Virus record (IMG/VR): IMGVR_UViG_3300044613_003659
Location: 1-64,000 of that record
Reading direction: 5' to 3' (one strand)
DNA length: 64,000 nucleotides
Source: a virus
The stretch's first letter is position 1. Each line of letters starts with the position of its first letter. Of the stretch, positions 1-9,766 are shown piece by piece. The notes below the pieces were generated by a model. It did not search any database. It was not told the DNA's origin and saw only the letters and a program-made list of their open reading frames with translations. The translations under genes were made by a program, and so were the position numbers.

Positions 1-710
1 TTTAATAGATTGACCATTGTTTCTTCAAACCTGTCTCGTAATTGACTTATTTCTAAAAATATTATGTTAGGAAATTCTTTATCAAGTATGCCTAATTCCT
101 GATGTACATTTATCCATTCTTCATACAGATATAAAGAAAGAAACTCCCTTAGTTCCCAAACTTCCATATCTTGTATGGAATCCTTATTCCAACTTGCAAC
201 AAGGTGTTTACTAGATTCCTTAAGCCTAAACAAAATATGTTCATTTAAACTCTTAGAGAATACTCCTTCATAATCTTGAATTTCATTTCGCTCTATGTGT
301 TTTAAATTAATGTAATTTTTTTCATCAAAACATTTTATCACATTATTATTATACCACAGCATATTTTCAATGTTACAATGTATAACAATTATATAATTAA
401 AATGTTGTTCAAGTAATTTTAATTCTTGTCTGTAACAATTCACTGTTTGTTTTGGAGTTAGCAATAATTTTCTAAATTCATAACTGGTAGACCCTGGATG
501 TAATCTTACAAATTTGTTGTTATTTTTTACAGCTTCTTGAAACATTTTATCTGAGGCTACAACAGTATGTTTGTTGAATTTATGAGCATTTCCGGATTCA
601 TTAAATGGCAATTCAACATTAAATAATGGATCACTAAAATAGTTCAAACACCATTCAACAAAAGTTCCATAATTTCCTGGATGGTAATAAATTGCCACTC
701 TATCGTTCAT
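1..710 (-). CDS. Hypothetical protein (partial, runs off window), paralog of 1811..2674
   Basis: ATG at 710 overlaps the stop of the 707..1294 ORF; reads MNDRVAIYYHPGNYGTFVEWCL...MEVWELREFLSL, matching FPAGGFGSTIEYC...MQRWELREYLSL of 1811..2674. Confidence 0.75.
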   Translation of the reverse strand, partial: MNDRVAIYYHPGNYGTFVEWCLNYFSDPLFNVELPFNESGNAHKFNKHTVVASDKMFQEAVKNNNKFVRLHPGSTSYEFRKLLLTPKQTVNCYRQELKLLEQHFNYIIVIHCNIENMLWYNNNVIKCFDEKNYINLKHIERNEIQDYEGVFSKSLNEHILFRLKESSKHLVASWNKDSIQDMEVWELREFLSLYLYEEWINVHQELGILDKEFPNIIFLEISQLRDRFEETMVNLL

Positions 711-1294
711 TGTTTTATTAAGGTTACTAATATGTCCGAATGTATTTTTGGAATTTGTATCGCTGTACCAAAGTTTTCTACTACCCATTTTGGCGTAAAA
801 TAATTCCAATTAGCTTGTTTTTTGCAAGCATACTCCAATATAAGTTTATTGGTTCTTGATATCTCGTGTAACATATCTGCTTCATCTTTATACCATTCAT
901 AGCTAGGGTATTTAATTTGAAATCCTCCGGCCTCATGCCACCAGGCAAAACTGGACATATCAGGACGATACACTAACATAATCCAATCATCTGGATAAAA
1001 TTTCTCTATTTCATCAAATTTATCTGGCCATTGGTGACTTTTCACTAAACGGCAACCACCAGGATCTTTCCAAGCTTGGTCTATATAATTTTCTCCTACC
1101 CATTTAATAACAGGTTCAAACTCCATACCCCATCCAAAATAGGCTCCTAAATGTCCGGTATAACTATGATGCGTGTAAGTGCGTTCTGGTGTACGGTCAC
1201 TGGTATTAAATCCAGGAATTGTTTCCAAAATTTGAGCAATGCCGGACCATCGCGATCCGGGCACGCCTGTAAAAAATATTCTCTCGGGTAGCAT
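707..1294 (-). CDS. Hypothetical protein, possible sulfotransferase-like P-loop fold
   Basis: 195 aa; N-terminal FFTGVPGSRWS loop and LVKSH motif. Confidence 0.55.
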   Translation of the reverse strand: MLPERIFFTGVPGSRWSGIAQILETIPGFNTSDRTPERTYTHHSYTGHLGAYFGWGMEFEPVIKWVGENYIDQAWKDPGGCRLVKSHQWPDKFDEIEKFYPDDWIMLVYRPDMSSFAWWHEAGGFQIKYPSYEWYKDEADMLHEISRTNKLILEYACKKQANWNYFTPKWVVENFGTAIQIPKIHSDILVTLIKQ

Positions 1295-1307
1295 AATAAG
1301 TAATTAT

Positions 1308-1829
1308 ATGGAGCAACAACTACTCAATAATTATTTCAGTCAGCATTGGCGAGGCCATTTGAATATCTATAACTATTCTGGACTAAGTCTTGCTAAAAAA
1401 GTAAAACCTGATGAATGGGTGCTAGATGTTGGATGCGGTATTAATTCATTTAAACCATTAATAGCAAATTTAATTGGAATTGATCCTGCATTTGGTCAAG
1501 CCGACTACCAAACTACCATAGAAGATTTTGAGACAGAATTAAGATTTGATGTGGCCTTTTGTTTAGGTAGTATTAATTTTGGTAGTGAAAAAACAATTAA
1601 AAATCAAATCAAGTGTGTAATAAATTTATTAAAACCAAAATCTAGAATATATTGGCGTGTGAACCCTGGACTAAAAGATCACGGAAACAATGAATGCCGA
1701 TCTATAGAATTTTTTCCTTGGTCAAAATCTTTGCTAGTAAGTTATGCTAAAGAATTTGATTTTCGAGCAGTTGACATTCAAGATGATTTGAATAACAGAA
1801 TATATTGCGAATGGCATCGAGAAAAATAA
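1308..1829 (+). CDS. Class I SAM-dependent methyltransferase
   Basis: VLDVGCG motif I; start moved to MEQQ at 1308 to avoid overlap with the divergent gene. Confidence 0.8.
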   Translation: MEQQLLNNYFSQHWRGHLNIYNYSGLSLAKKVKPDEWVLDVGCGINSFKPLIANLIGIDPAFGQADYQTTIEDFETELRFDVAFCLGSINFGSEKTIKNQIKCVINLLKPKSRIYWRVNPGLKDHGNNECRSIEFFPWSKSLLVSYAKEFDFRAVDIQDDLNNRIYCEWHREK

Positions 1830-2674
1830 TTATCTTTTTTCCAGCCGGCGGGTTTGGTTCTACAATTGAATATTGTATAAGGAAATTTTCTAAAGAATTT
1901 GAAACAATAGAAACTCAAGTGCTTGATGATGGATCCATGCATGGATTTTCTAAAGAAGCACACTTAATATGGCATGATAAGTTTGAGCTTATAAAAACAA
2001 GTTCTGGAAACATTTTTACCCCAGTTTATCCTAATTTAAATCACGCTACAGTTAAAGAAACTATTCTGCAATTTAAATCTTTTAATGAGAATAGTAAAGT
2101 TATTTTTATTACTTTAGATAACGAAGCAGCAGTGGAAAAAAATGAATTTTTTGGTTTTTACAAAATTCCAAATAAAATTATACTGCAATCTAAATTAGAA
2201 AATATTCGTCAATGGAATTCCGAATATAAAACAGTGTCTGATATGCAGCGATGGGAATTACGCGAATATTTGAGTTTAACTTATGAAGATTTTATTCCAA
2301 TGATGACTGATGCTCACACTCTGTCAGAATCTAACTGGCTTAATCTTAATCCTCAAAATTTATTAGATAATTTTGAGGAAACTGTTCAAAAAATTATTAA
2401 ATACTCTAATTTAACATTTGATGATGAAAAAAGTTTGCACGAATTTTCAAAACTTTGGTTATCAAAACAACAATATATCATTGATAAACACACTACTATG
2501 CAAACTATATTTGAAAACACCGTGCAAAATAAAAGTCTTACTTGGGATAGTTTGGATATAATTAGTGAATCTCTTTTACAATATAAGTTTAAAAAAAGAG
2601 GTATGACAATGAAATGCTTTGGTTTGAATAGTTTTCCTACATCGACTAAATCTTTAATGCAATGCTTTGAATAA
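1811..2674 (+). CDS. Hypothetical protein (paralog of 1..710)
   Basis: Long ORF with shared motifs; function unknown. Confidence 0.65.
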   Translation: MASRKIIIFFPAGGFGSTIEYCIRKFSKEFETIETQVLDDGSMHGFSKEAHLIWHDKFELIKTSSGNIFTPVYPNLNHATVKETILQFKSFNENSKVIFITLDNEAAVEKNEFFGFYKIPNKIILQSKLENIRQWNSEYKTVSDMQRWELREYLSLTYEDFIPMMTDAHTLSESNWLNLNPQNLLDNFEETVQKIIKYSNLTFDDEKSLHEFSKLWLSKQQYIIDKHTTMQTIFENTVQNKSLTWDSLDIISESLLQYKFKKRGMTMKCFGLNSFPTSTKSLMQCFE

Positions 2675-2799
2675 TCAGCAAAAACAATTACTTAGTATGA
2701 TAATTTATTCATAAACTAGCACTTTTCGGAACAAAAAAACGCATGTAAATACTTCGTGGACTTGATAAAAAAAGCCAAGCCCACTCAAGGGACAAGGCA

Positions 2800-3549
2800 A
2801 TGACAGATCCACCAACTACAAAGGAGGAAGTCTTGAGCAAGCGCCGAAAAAGCGAAGCAGCACAATTACAAGTAGTACAAATTGATTCATATCAAAAACA
2901 ACGCCGCACCATTCAATTAATCCCTAAAAGTCTCAATCAAGAAAAATATATAGATCTCTTACAAAATCCACAACGCTTAATAGTTTACGCTACAGGCCCG
3001 GCAGGCACAGGGAAAACTATGTTGGCTGTGTTGGCTGCGTTAAAAGCATTTAGAGCAGGTGAATGTTCTAAGATTGTTATAACCAGACCGGCAGTAGGCG
3101 TTGACGACGAGCAACATGGATTTTTGCCGGGCACACTAAATCAAAAAATGGAACCTTGGACTAGGCCTATTTTTGATATTGTAGAAGAATATTATAGACC
3201 ACAGGAGGTCGTACGTTTGCTAGAAGAAAAATATATTGAGATTGCTCCACTAGCATACATGCGAGGACGGACATTTAAACAATCGTGGATTATTGCAGAT
3301 GAAATGCAAAACGCGACACCAAGTCAGATGAAAATGCTGTTAACTCGACTAGGCGAAAACTCCAAGATGGTCATTACAGGCGATACACAGCAGGCCGACC
3401 GTAGGGCCAAGGACAACGGATTGTTGGATTTTCAAAATTTAATGTCAAAATTTGATAGCCAATATATTGCTGGTGTAGAATTTGCAGTCAAAGATGTCAG
3501 ACGGCATCCTGCTGTAAGCGAAGTTCTTAAATTATACGGGGAGGAATGA
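2800..3549 (+). CDS. phoH: PhoH-like ATPase
   Basis: GPAGTGKT, TRPAV, GFLPG, YMRGRTF, DEMQN, TRLGE, GDxxQxD motifs; true start may be TTG at 2833 after AAGGAGG. Confidence 0.95.
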   Translation: MTDPPTTKEEVLSKRRKSEAAQLQVVQIDSYQKQRRTIQLIPKSLNQEKYIDLLQNPQRLIVYATGPAGTGKTMLAVLAALKAFRAGECSKIVITRPAVGVDDEQHGFLPGTLNQKMEPWTRPIFDIVEEYYRPQEVVRLLEEKYIEIAPLAYMRGRTFKQSWIIADEMQNATPSQMKMLLTRLGENSKMVITGDTQQADRRAKDNGLLDFQNLMSKFDSQYIAGVEFAVKDVRRHPAVSEVLKLYGEE

Positions 3550-3566
3550 TATAGTTTAAATACTGG

Positions 3567-4556
3567 ATGCTAGAATATAAAAATATACGCCGTGTTCATT
3601 TAGAAATTTCAACTAGGTGCAACGCGGCGTGCCCTGAGTGTCCAAGAAATTTTCGAGGTGTTGATATAATAGACACATATCCAATATGCGATATGAGTTT
3701 AGAACAAGCTCAACAAATTTTCACAGTTCCTTTCTTATTACAACTTGATCAAATATTAATTAACGGCAATTTTGGAGATTTTATTACTGCTCGTGATGGC
3801 CTGGAAATTGTAGAATATTTTTTATCCTCAAATCAAAAATTAAAAATTATAATAAGTACCAACGCAAGTGGTAGACCAAATATTTGGAAACGTTTAGGGG
3901 AGTTAGGTGTTGAAGTTCAATTTAGATTAGATGGGCTCGAAGATACTCACGTTCTTTACCGTCAATATACCGACTATAATTTAATTATAGAAAACGCTAA
4001 AAAATTTATTGAAGCTGGTGGTGTTGCAGTTTGGGCAATGATAAAATTTAAACACAATCTTCATCAAATTGAAACTGCACAACAATTATCAAAAAAACTA
4101 GGATTTAATAGATTTGAGTTGATTGATGCCGGTAGAGATACTACTGTTGTTTTTACAAGAGATAAAAAATTTAGCCATGTGATAGGTGATTATAACGGTG
4201 ATACGGATTTTAATAATCTGTACGATCAATACAAACACTACATTAAGGATCCTGATTTAACACTTAAAAAAGTACCAATACAAGAGAAAAAGATTTCATG
4301 TTATGCTAAAAAAAATAATGAAATTTATATATCTGCCAATGGGGAAGTATATCCTTGTTGCTGGTTAGGTTTGTATCCCAAAAACAAACCAGGAGATCCA
4401 CGAACATTTCGATTACTCCCTTTAATTAAACAAAATAATGCATTAGAATATGGATTAGACAGGACCATTGAATGGTTTAATGCTATCGAAAAAACTTGGG
4501 ATAAAACTGTGTTAGAAGGTAAAATTTATGCCTGTAACGAAACCTGCGGCATATAA
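3567..4556 (+). CDS. Radical SAM protein with SPASM/twitch-like C-terminus
   Basis: CNAACPEC (CX3CX2C); C-terminal C...GEVYPCC...CNETC. Confidence 0.9.
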   Translation: MLEYKNIRRVHLEISTRCNAACPECPRNFRGVDIIDTYPICDMSLEQAQQIFTVPFLLQLDQILINGNFGDFITARDGLEIVEYFLSSNQKLKIIISTNASGRPNIWKRLGELGVEVQFRLDGLEDTHVLYRQYTDYNLIIENAKKFIEAGGVAVWAMIKFKHNLHQIETAQQLSKKLGFNRFELIDAGRDTTVVFTRDKKFSHVIGDYNGDTDFNNLYDQYKHYIKDPDLTLKKVPIQEKKISCYAKKNNEIYISANGEVYPCCWLGLYPKNKPGDPRTFRLLPLIKQNNALEYGLDRTIEWFNAIEKTWDKTVLEGKIYACNETCGI

Positions 4557-5029
4557 TGATTCAGTTGTAATATTGTACTTTCGTAATCTCTATGTAATAT
4601 AGCGATACCCCCTGCTGCATTCCATTCATCAATATTGCTTTGTCTATCATCAATCAAAATATCATTGATTTTACAATGTTGGTGTTTATCTTTACTATAT
4701 GGACCAAAAAAAACAGGCACATTAGGGAAGTATTTTTGTGCCCATTCAACTTTATCATAAAATGCAAATTTAACATCGTTTCTTTTTGGTACAGCAGTTA
4801 AGAATGCCCAGTTATAATTATATTTTAAACACAGTTTAACACACTCTTGGTACAATCGCTGAGCATATTCTGTAGGGAGCAAGTCTCGATATATTCTAGG
4901 ATTTGTAGCAAGTTTATTCCATTTATCGTCAGTATAGATGCCAATACTAGGAGCGAATCCAAATGCACGAAAAGCATACTCATCGAAGTCTGCCACGACT
5001 CCGTCCATGTCTAAATAAAGTGTATTCAT
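4526..5029 (-). CDS. HAD-family 5'(3')-deoxyribonucleotidase-like protein
   Basis: LDMDGVVADF and ILIDDR motifs. Confidence 0.85.
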   Translation of the reverse strand: MNTLYLDMDGVVADFDEYAFRAFGFAPSIGIYTDDKWNKLATNPRIYRDLLPTEYAQRLYQECVKLCLKYNYNWAFLTAVPKRNDVKFAFYDKVEWAQKYFPNVPVFFGPYSKDKHQHCKINDILIDDRQSNIDEWNAAGGIAILHRDYESTILQLNHYMPQVSLQA

Positions 5030-5262
5030 TTATTTTTTATTTTTGAATGTACTGCTTGCAGATAAACAGTTTGATTGTTGAGTTTGTTTTGTAATGATCT
5101 TACGCTATCTTTTAAATTGTAAATTTCAAATTGCATATTTGAAATTATGTTTTGCTGATCTCTAATTTTGACGTCATGAGTCATAAGATTGGGTCTAGGT
5201 GGAGCATTTGGATCCACGGCCCTTTTCTTTTTTGCTTTCATTGCCTTAAATATACCGCTCAT
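5026..5262 (-). CDS. Hypothetical coiled-coil protein
   Basis: 78 aa, translationally coupled in operon. Confidence 0.6.
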   Translation of the reverse strand: MSGIFKAMKAKKKRAVDPNAPPRPNLMTHDVKIRDQQNIISNMQFEIYNLKDSVRSLQNKLNNQTVYLQAVHSKIKNK

Positions 5263-5582
5263 ATATAATATTTATCGCCAGGAATACTTGGAAATTTTAC
5301 AGCAACTACTTCCGTATCTTCTAAATATTCCGCATGATATTCTTCACCGGGCTCACTTACGTAAATATCGCCAGATTTAAATACTTGATTGTTTATTATC
5401 ATGCTACCACGTGTAATAAGTTGAATTTCAGTAATAATTTTATGCGTATGTGGTTTGTCCTTAGTACCAGCTTTGTTTTGTTGCCAACAACATTCAAAGT
5501 CTTTGGTGCGAATTACGGCTTCAGGAAAATCTCCTATGAACCAACCTCTAGCACCACTATCGCTAAGTTTGTATTTCTTCAT
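5259..5582 (-). CDS. Cupin-fold protein
   Basis: HTH...E...G...GD...PGEEYH cupin pattern. Confidence 0.7.
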   Translation of the reverse strand: MKKYKLSDSGARGWFIGDFPEAVIRTKDFECCWQQNKAGTKDKPHTHKIITEIQLITRGSMIINNQVFKSGDIYVSEPGEEYHAEYLEDTEVVAVKFPSIPGDKYYI

Positions 5583-5937
5583 TTTTACCTGCGTCTACTT
5601 CTGCCTGTAATTCATCTAACATACTATTAAAATATTCAGCATCAAGTTGTACCATAACATCGGTAATATATTTGTGGTAACCTTTAAAAAAATATTTAAA
5701 TAAATCGTTAAAATTTTTATTATTATTAAAATTATTAATTTGCACTTCTTTATCACTTAAATTAATAATGATTTTTGCGCTGTTTAAATCTTTTGGTCGT
5801 AACTTTGTGCTTATATGAACTTGCTCGTCATATCTAACATTAGCTGGATCTTTCATATACCCAGGAATATGTGTCTTGGCAGGATTTTTAGGTTTAGCAC
5901 TATAGTTTGCTAACAGATATATTTTTTGTTTTTTCAT
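5563..5937 (-). CDS. Hypothetical phage protein
   Basis: 124 aa ORF in operon. Confidence 0.65.
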   Translation of the reverse strand: MKKQKIYLLANYSAKPKNPAKTHIPGYMKDPANVRYDEQVHISTKLRPKDLNSAKIIINLSDKEVQINNFNNNKNFNDLFKYFFKGYHKYITDVMVQLDAEYFNSMLDELQAEVDAGKNEEIQT

Positions 5938-6854
5938 ATTTGAGATAATTCAACTAGTGTAGCACTTAAATTTATTTCAGGATCGGCAATTATAGGATGA
6001 TTAACTAAACCTTTGCGAATAATTAAAATTGCCTGATCTTGTTTGTCCTGAGTGTCTCCCCAAAGATCAAGATTATCGTACATCCAACGAAACACTTCCT
6101 CCATTTCGTCAGCTGAAGTATGTGTACATAATAAAGTTCTTCCTTCTTTGATCTTGCCTTGTTTAAATAGATTTATTACTTCTAATTTATGATCAGCTGA
6201 GTTAGATCCGCTGCTGGATCGTGATAATACTAGTTTTCCTGACACGCTATTTGTTTGTAGTAGTTTTAAACAACTACGTAAATCAGGATATGTTGCTTTA
6301 ACAAAACTATCTAGTGTGTCTAGATCAAATTCTATATTTTCGTTTATAAGAACAGTTGCAGCTCTGCTTGTAAAATCAGTTTGATCTGTCTTGTCTATAA
6401 TAATTTGCTGGCAACGACTTTTTAAAGGAGCAATTATTTTATGGGCAAGATTTGCTGTTAAAATAAATCTAGCCTGACTTTGGTAAGTCTCCATTAATCC
6501 ACGTAGGATAGCCTGTGCATTATGACTCAGATAATCTGCTTCATCTAACAACACAATCTTTAAATCGCCAAATGGTAATGTACTTACAAAACCTTCAATT
6601 TTAGTTTTTAAAAAATCAACACCATTATCTCTAGATGCATTTACCTGCAAAAAATCATAAGAATCAATTTCAAGACTATTAACTAATATTTTAGCTAGTG
6701 TAGTTTTTCCTGTACCGGCAGGTCCAATAAAAAGTAGATGTGGAATACTTTTTTCGCTTACAAAGTATTCAATTTGTTCCTTTTGTATAGGATCGGTGAA
6801 AACGTATCCATCTAGTGTTTGTGGACGATATTTTTCAGTCCATAATTCCTTCAT
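5934..6854 (-). CDS. Sliding-clamp loader AAA+ subunit (RFC small subunit / T4 gp44-like)
   Basis: WTEKYRP, GPAGTGKTT, NASR, LDEADYL, SRC motifs. Confidence 0.93.
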   Translation of the reverse strand: MKELWTEKYRPQTLDGYVFTDPIQKEQIEYFVSEKSIPHLLFIGPAGTGKTTLAKILVNSLEIDSYDFLQVNASRDNGVDFLKTKIEGFVSTLPFGDLKIVLLDEADYLSHNAQAILRGLMETYQSQARFILTANLAHKIIAPLKSRCQQIIIDKTDQTDFTSRAATVLINENIEFDLDTLDSFVKATYPDLRSCLKLLQTNSVSGKLVLSRSSSGSNSADHKLEVINLFKQGKIKEGRTLLCTHTSADEMEEVFRWMYDNLDLWGDTQDKQDQAILIIRKGLVNHPIIADPEINLSATLVELSQI

Positions 6855-7651
6855 ATATTATCTCGATGTAAACAAACTAAATCCTCGCTACGAATGCTAG
6901 GATCTGATTCTTCCATTGTCAATGGATTTAATGCAACATAGCCTGCATCATTTATTACACGGAACAGTTCTGCTGTATCAGCTTGACTGTATTGAGCGAA
7001 CCATTCTGTAAACAACACGGGTTTGTATTTTATTAGAATATCACGAATATTGCGAATAATTTCTATGTCGTGTCCTTCAGTATCAGTTTTTATAAAACCA
7101 ATGTTAGCTATTTCGTCATTGGTTAGATATTTGTGCAACATTGATTCTAAAGTCAATCCTGAAACTTGAATACTATCTCCACTCATTCCAGCCATCCTGG
7201 CCTGTGTTTCTGCGTCCCAATTCTCTCCTACTAATCCTCCGTTACACATGCCATTATGATGATCCTTAAAAGTTAAATTATCTGCATTTTTGTCAGTAAC
7301 TGCTTCTGAGGCAATAACAAAAGTGCCACCTAAGTGTCTGTTAAGATGGCAGTTTAGTTCTAGGTATGGACGTATAGTTGGGTTGGGCTCAACTGTTAAT
7401 ACTGTTCCACGACTGTATACCATCATGGGAATGGCCGTATCACCTGAGTGTCCTCCTATGTCTATGCAGGTTGTACCCGGAGTTATCCATTTACTCCAAT
7501 GATTTTTTACAGCATAGTAGTCAAAAATTTCTTTAAAACTAGGAACACGTTCAAATTGATGGTCCATTTCTAACCAAATACAATGGTCGTCATAGCCGTA
7601 ATCTATCAGCTCAAGTGTATGAGCTCTGCGTAATGGTAATGTTAATATCAT
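6851..7651 (-). CDS. FkbM-family methyltransferase
   Basis: IDIGGHSG, VEPNP, IKTDTEGHD motifs. Confidence 0.85.
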   Translation of the reverse strand: MILTLPLRRAHTLELIDYGYDDHCIWLEMDHQFERVPSFKEIFDYYAVKNHWSKWITPGTTCIDIGGHSGDTAIPMMVYSRGTVLTVEPNPTIRPYLELNCHLNRHLGGTFVIASEAVTDKNADNLTFKDHHNGMCNGGLVGENWDAETQARMAGMSGDSIQVSGLTLESMLHKYLTNDEIANIGFIKTDTEGHDIEIIRNIRDILIKYKPVLFTEWFAQYSQADTAELFRVINDAGYVALNPLTMEESDPSIRSEDLVCLHRDNI

Positions 7652-8070
7652 TCGTATTGTTCTCTTGTGCGTCGTTCTGCGTGGAGTGCATTTGAAATTG
7701 TGTCTATGTGTTCAGGTTCGGTATCTGATACAAAAATAATTGCCCCAGGATCTGCTCTGCGTATAATCGTTTCTTGATCATCTTTAACGATCTTTACACC
7801 TCGGCTCCATCGGCCGTGTTCAACAAGCACCCATTGACCAACACGAATATCTCGCTGCTCAGGTCCAACAGCATATACTCTTGCCCAGCGTGGACGAATG
7901 CCGTCTGTTTTACCATCATCACCTAATAATACTATACCGCTGGCTAGTTGTCTACCTTCAAAGCTCATGTCAGTAACAATTATACTGTCATGAAGAGGTT
8001 TTATTTCGCCATCTATGTGTAAACCAAATTGATATCCACGTTTTTGATCAAACGGATTTTCGACTGCCAT
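7648..8070 (-). CDS. GroES-like co-chaperonin
   Basis: IKPLHDSIIV, SGIVL, VYAVGP, VGQWVL pattern. Confidence 0.85.
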   Translation of the reverse strand: MAVENPFDQKRGYQFGLHIDGEIKPLHDSIIVTDMSFEGRQLASGIVLLGDDGKTDGIRPRWARVYAVGPEQRDIRVGQWVLVEHGRWSRGVKIVKDDQETIIRRADPGAIIFVSDTEPEHIDTISNALHAERRTREQYE

Positions 8071-8081
8071 GTTTTCCTCGC

Positions 8082-8489
8082 TTAAATTCTAGTTGGACCA
8101 GTTTTCTTAGGTTCTGGAATTTTTGGTAATTGTGTTTTTGAGACTGAACTAGCTAGACTTCCTCTAGGTGGTTTAACTTCAATTTCATCCAACTGTTCTT
8201 CTACTGAATCAGTTACTGTAATTATAGGTTCAACCCAATCATCGACTAAATCTTTTTTAGCTGGTTCTCTTGGAGTTGGAATTAGATCGGATGCAACCGG
8301 AGTGTTTAATTTATAGTAGTCGGCCATAACTTTATCTTTAGAACGCTCAATTTTGCCACCTGGACCTAACTCGTCACCTCTTGCATTTACTTTCATGTTT
8401 CCAATGGCGATTGAATCTTCATTTTGTGCTATTATAGCGTCAATGTTAATACTTCTACCATTAGCAGTTCTGTAAACTCTTTTTGTCAT
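8082..8489 (-). CDS. Hypothetical phage protein
   Basis: 135 aa, SD AGGAG. Confidence 0.7.
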   Translation of the reverse strand: MTKRVYRTANGRSINIDAIIAQNEDSIAIGNMKVNARGDELGPGGKIERSKDKVMADYYKLNTPVASDLIPTPREPAKKDLVDDWVEPIITVTDSVEEQLDEIEVKPPRGSLASSVSKTQLPKIPEPKKTGPTRI

Positions 8490-8511
8490 CTAAATCTCCT
8501 TGTGCGGGTAT

Positions 8512-9030
8512 TTATCGTAAGAATTCATGTATGTCTAAATCATAATATATACTGTTAATTTGATGAACTCCGATTAGATACAAAACATAGCTAGCTACAC
8601 TTGATCCTCGACCTACGCCCCATACTATGTTATTTGATCTCCAAGTATCTATTATGTATTTTAGTTGTCTTAATAATGGAAATAAATTGCGTTCTTGATA
8701 TAACAGTAATTCACTGCCAACTCTTTGTAGTTCAACTTCTGTTTTACATTGATCTAACAACCATTGAGCAATATTCATATCGACGTATTTCGCGGGCATA
8801 TTCCATACATCTTGTCTACTCTTATGAAATACATCAACAGAATAATCATCTGGGTAAGGATGATATTGTTTGACCTGCGGTAGGTCTGCAAAGGTTGTGT
8901 GGACTGCGCTGTTGTATTGACTCCAATCTTCAACATAAAACAAATTTAAATCAATGTCTGGATTTTTATAAAGTAAATCGCACAACTCTGTGCTAGACAC
9001 ATAGCCTTGCCCAAATTTATCGTACTTCAT
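8512..9030 (-). CDS. DNA polymerase III alpha (DnaE) N-terminal palm fragment
   Basis: GVGRGSSVASYVLYLIG motif; ends at EFLR just before where PDID would be. Confidence 0.8.
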   Translation of the reverse strand: MKYDKFGQGYVSSTELCDLLYKNPDIDLNLFYVEDWSQYNSAVHTTFADLPQVKQYHPYPDDYSVDVFHKSRQDVWNMPAKYVDMNIAQWLLDQCKTEVELQRVGSELLLYQERNLFPLLRQLKYIIDTWRSNNIVWGVGRGSSVASYVLYLIGVHQINSIYYDLDIHEFLR

Positions 9031-9263
9031 TGAATATCAATTATGCCTTTAAACTTGTCATTCTTTGCTTCCATTTCTTCTAATATTTTCCTATTACGTA
9101 CATCCATTTCATACCTATAGTTTTCTAGTATCATTTGCATTTGCGGTATAGCACCGCTAGGTCCAAATTTGTATGCCTGATTTAATTTTTGAAGTAATTC
9201 ATTATATTTTTTATGTAGGTCTTCTGTGCTTAAACCTGACAAGTCTGGTACCAATGGATGCAT
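9027..9263 (-). CDS. Hypothetical protein
   Basis: 78 aa, coupled ORF. Confidence 0.65.
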   Translation of the reverse strand: MHPLVPDLSGLSTEDLHKKYNELLQKLNQAYKFGPSGAIPQMQMILENYRYEMDVRNRKILEEMEAKNDKFKGIIDIQ

Positions 9264-9718
9264 TATAAATCTCCTTCGCTCCTGTTTTCGGAGTGGTGTA
9301 CATCAAATTCGCCACCGGGATAACGAGCTTTTAATTTATTTACATTTTCTTCAATAACGTCGTTTGGATTTAATCTTAATGCTCTACAAGCATTGATCCA
9401 ATACCACATGATATCACCCAGTTCTCGTTTCATATGAAATAAATTTTCTTCATTCAAGGGTTTACCTTGGAAATATATTTTTTTTGGTATTTCACAAAAC
9501 TCGCCTGTTTCTGCTGCTAAACCTAAGGCAGCGGTGAGTAGCAAAGGAACATTGATATCTGGTCCATGACCTTTTACTTCAACATCCCAATTGCCATCAA
9601 GTTGATCTAGTCTGGTCATGAAGGTTGTGAGATCATTGGAAGGTTTACTGGTTACAGCCTCAACAAACTCTTGATATCGCTCTAAATCTACAGTCATAAA
9701 AAAACTCCTAGTTTGCAC
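9263..9718 (-). CDS. MazG-like NTP pyrophosphohydrolase
   Basis: GLAAETGE...KK...RELGDIMWY...NVNKLKARYP; start probably MTVDL after AGGAG. Confidence 0.85.
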   Translation of the reverse strand: MQTRSFFMTVDLERYQEFVEAVTSKPSNDLTTFMTRLDQLDGNWDVEVKGHGPDINVPLLLTAALGLAAETGEFCEIPKKIYFQGKPLNEENLFHMKRELGDIMWYWINACRALRLNPNDVIEENVNKLKARYPGGEFDVHHSENRSEGDL

Positions 9719-9766
9719 AATTATAAACTATGCAAAACTAGAAGTCAATTATAGCAGTAAAAAAAA

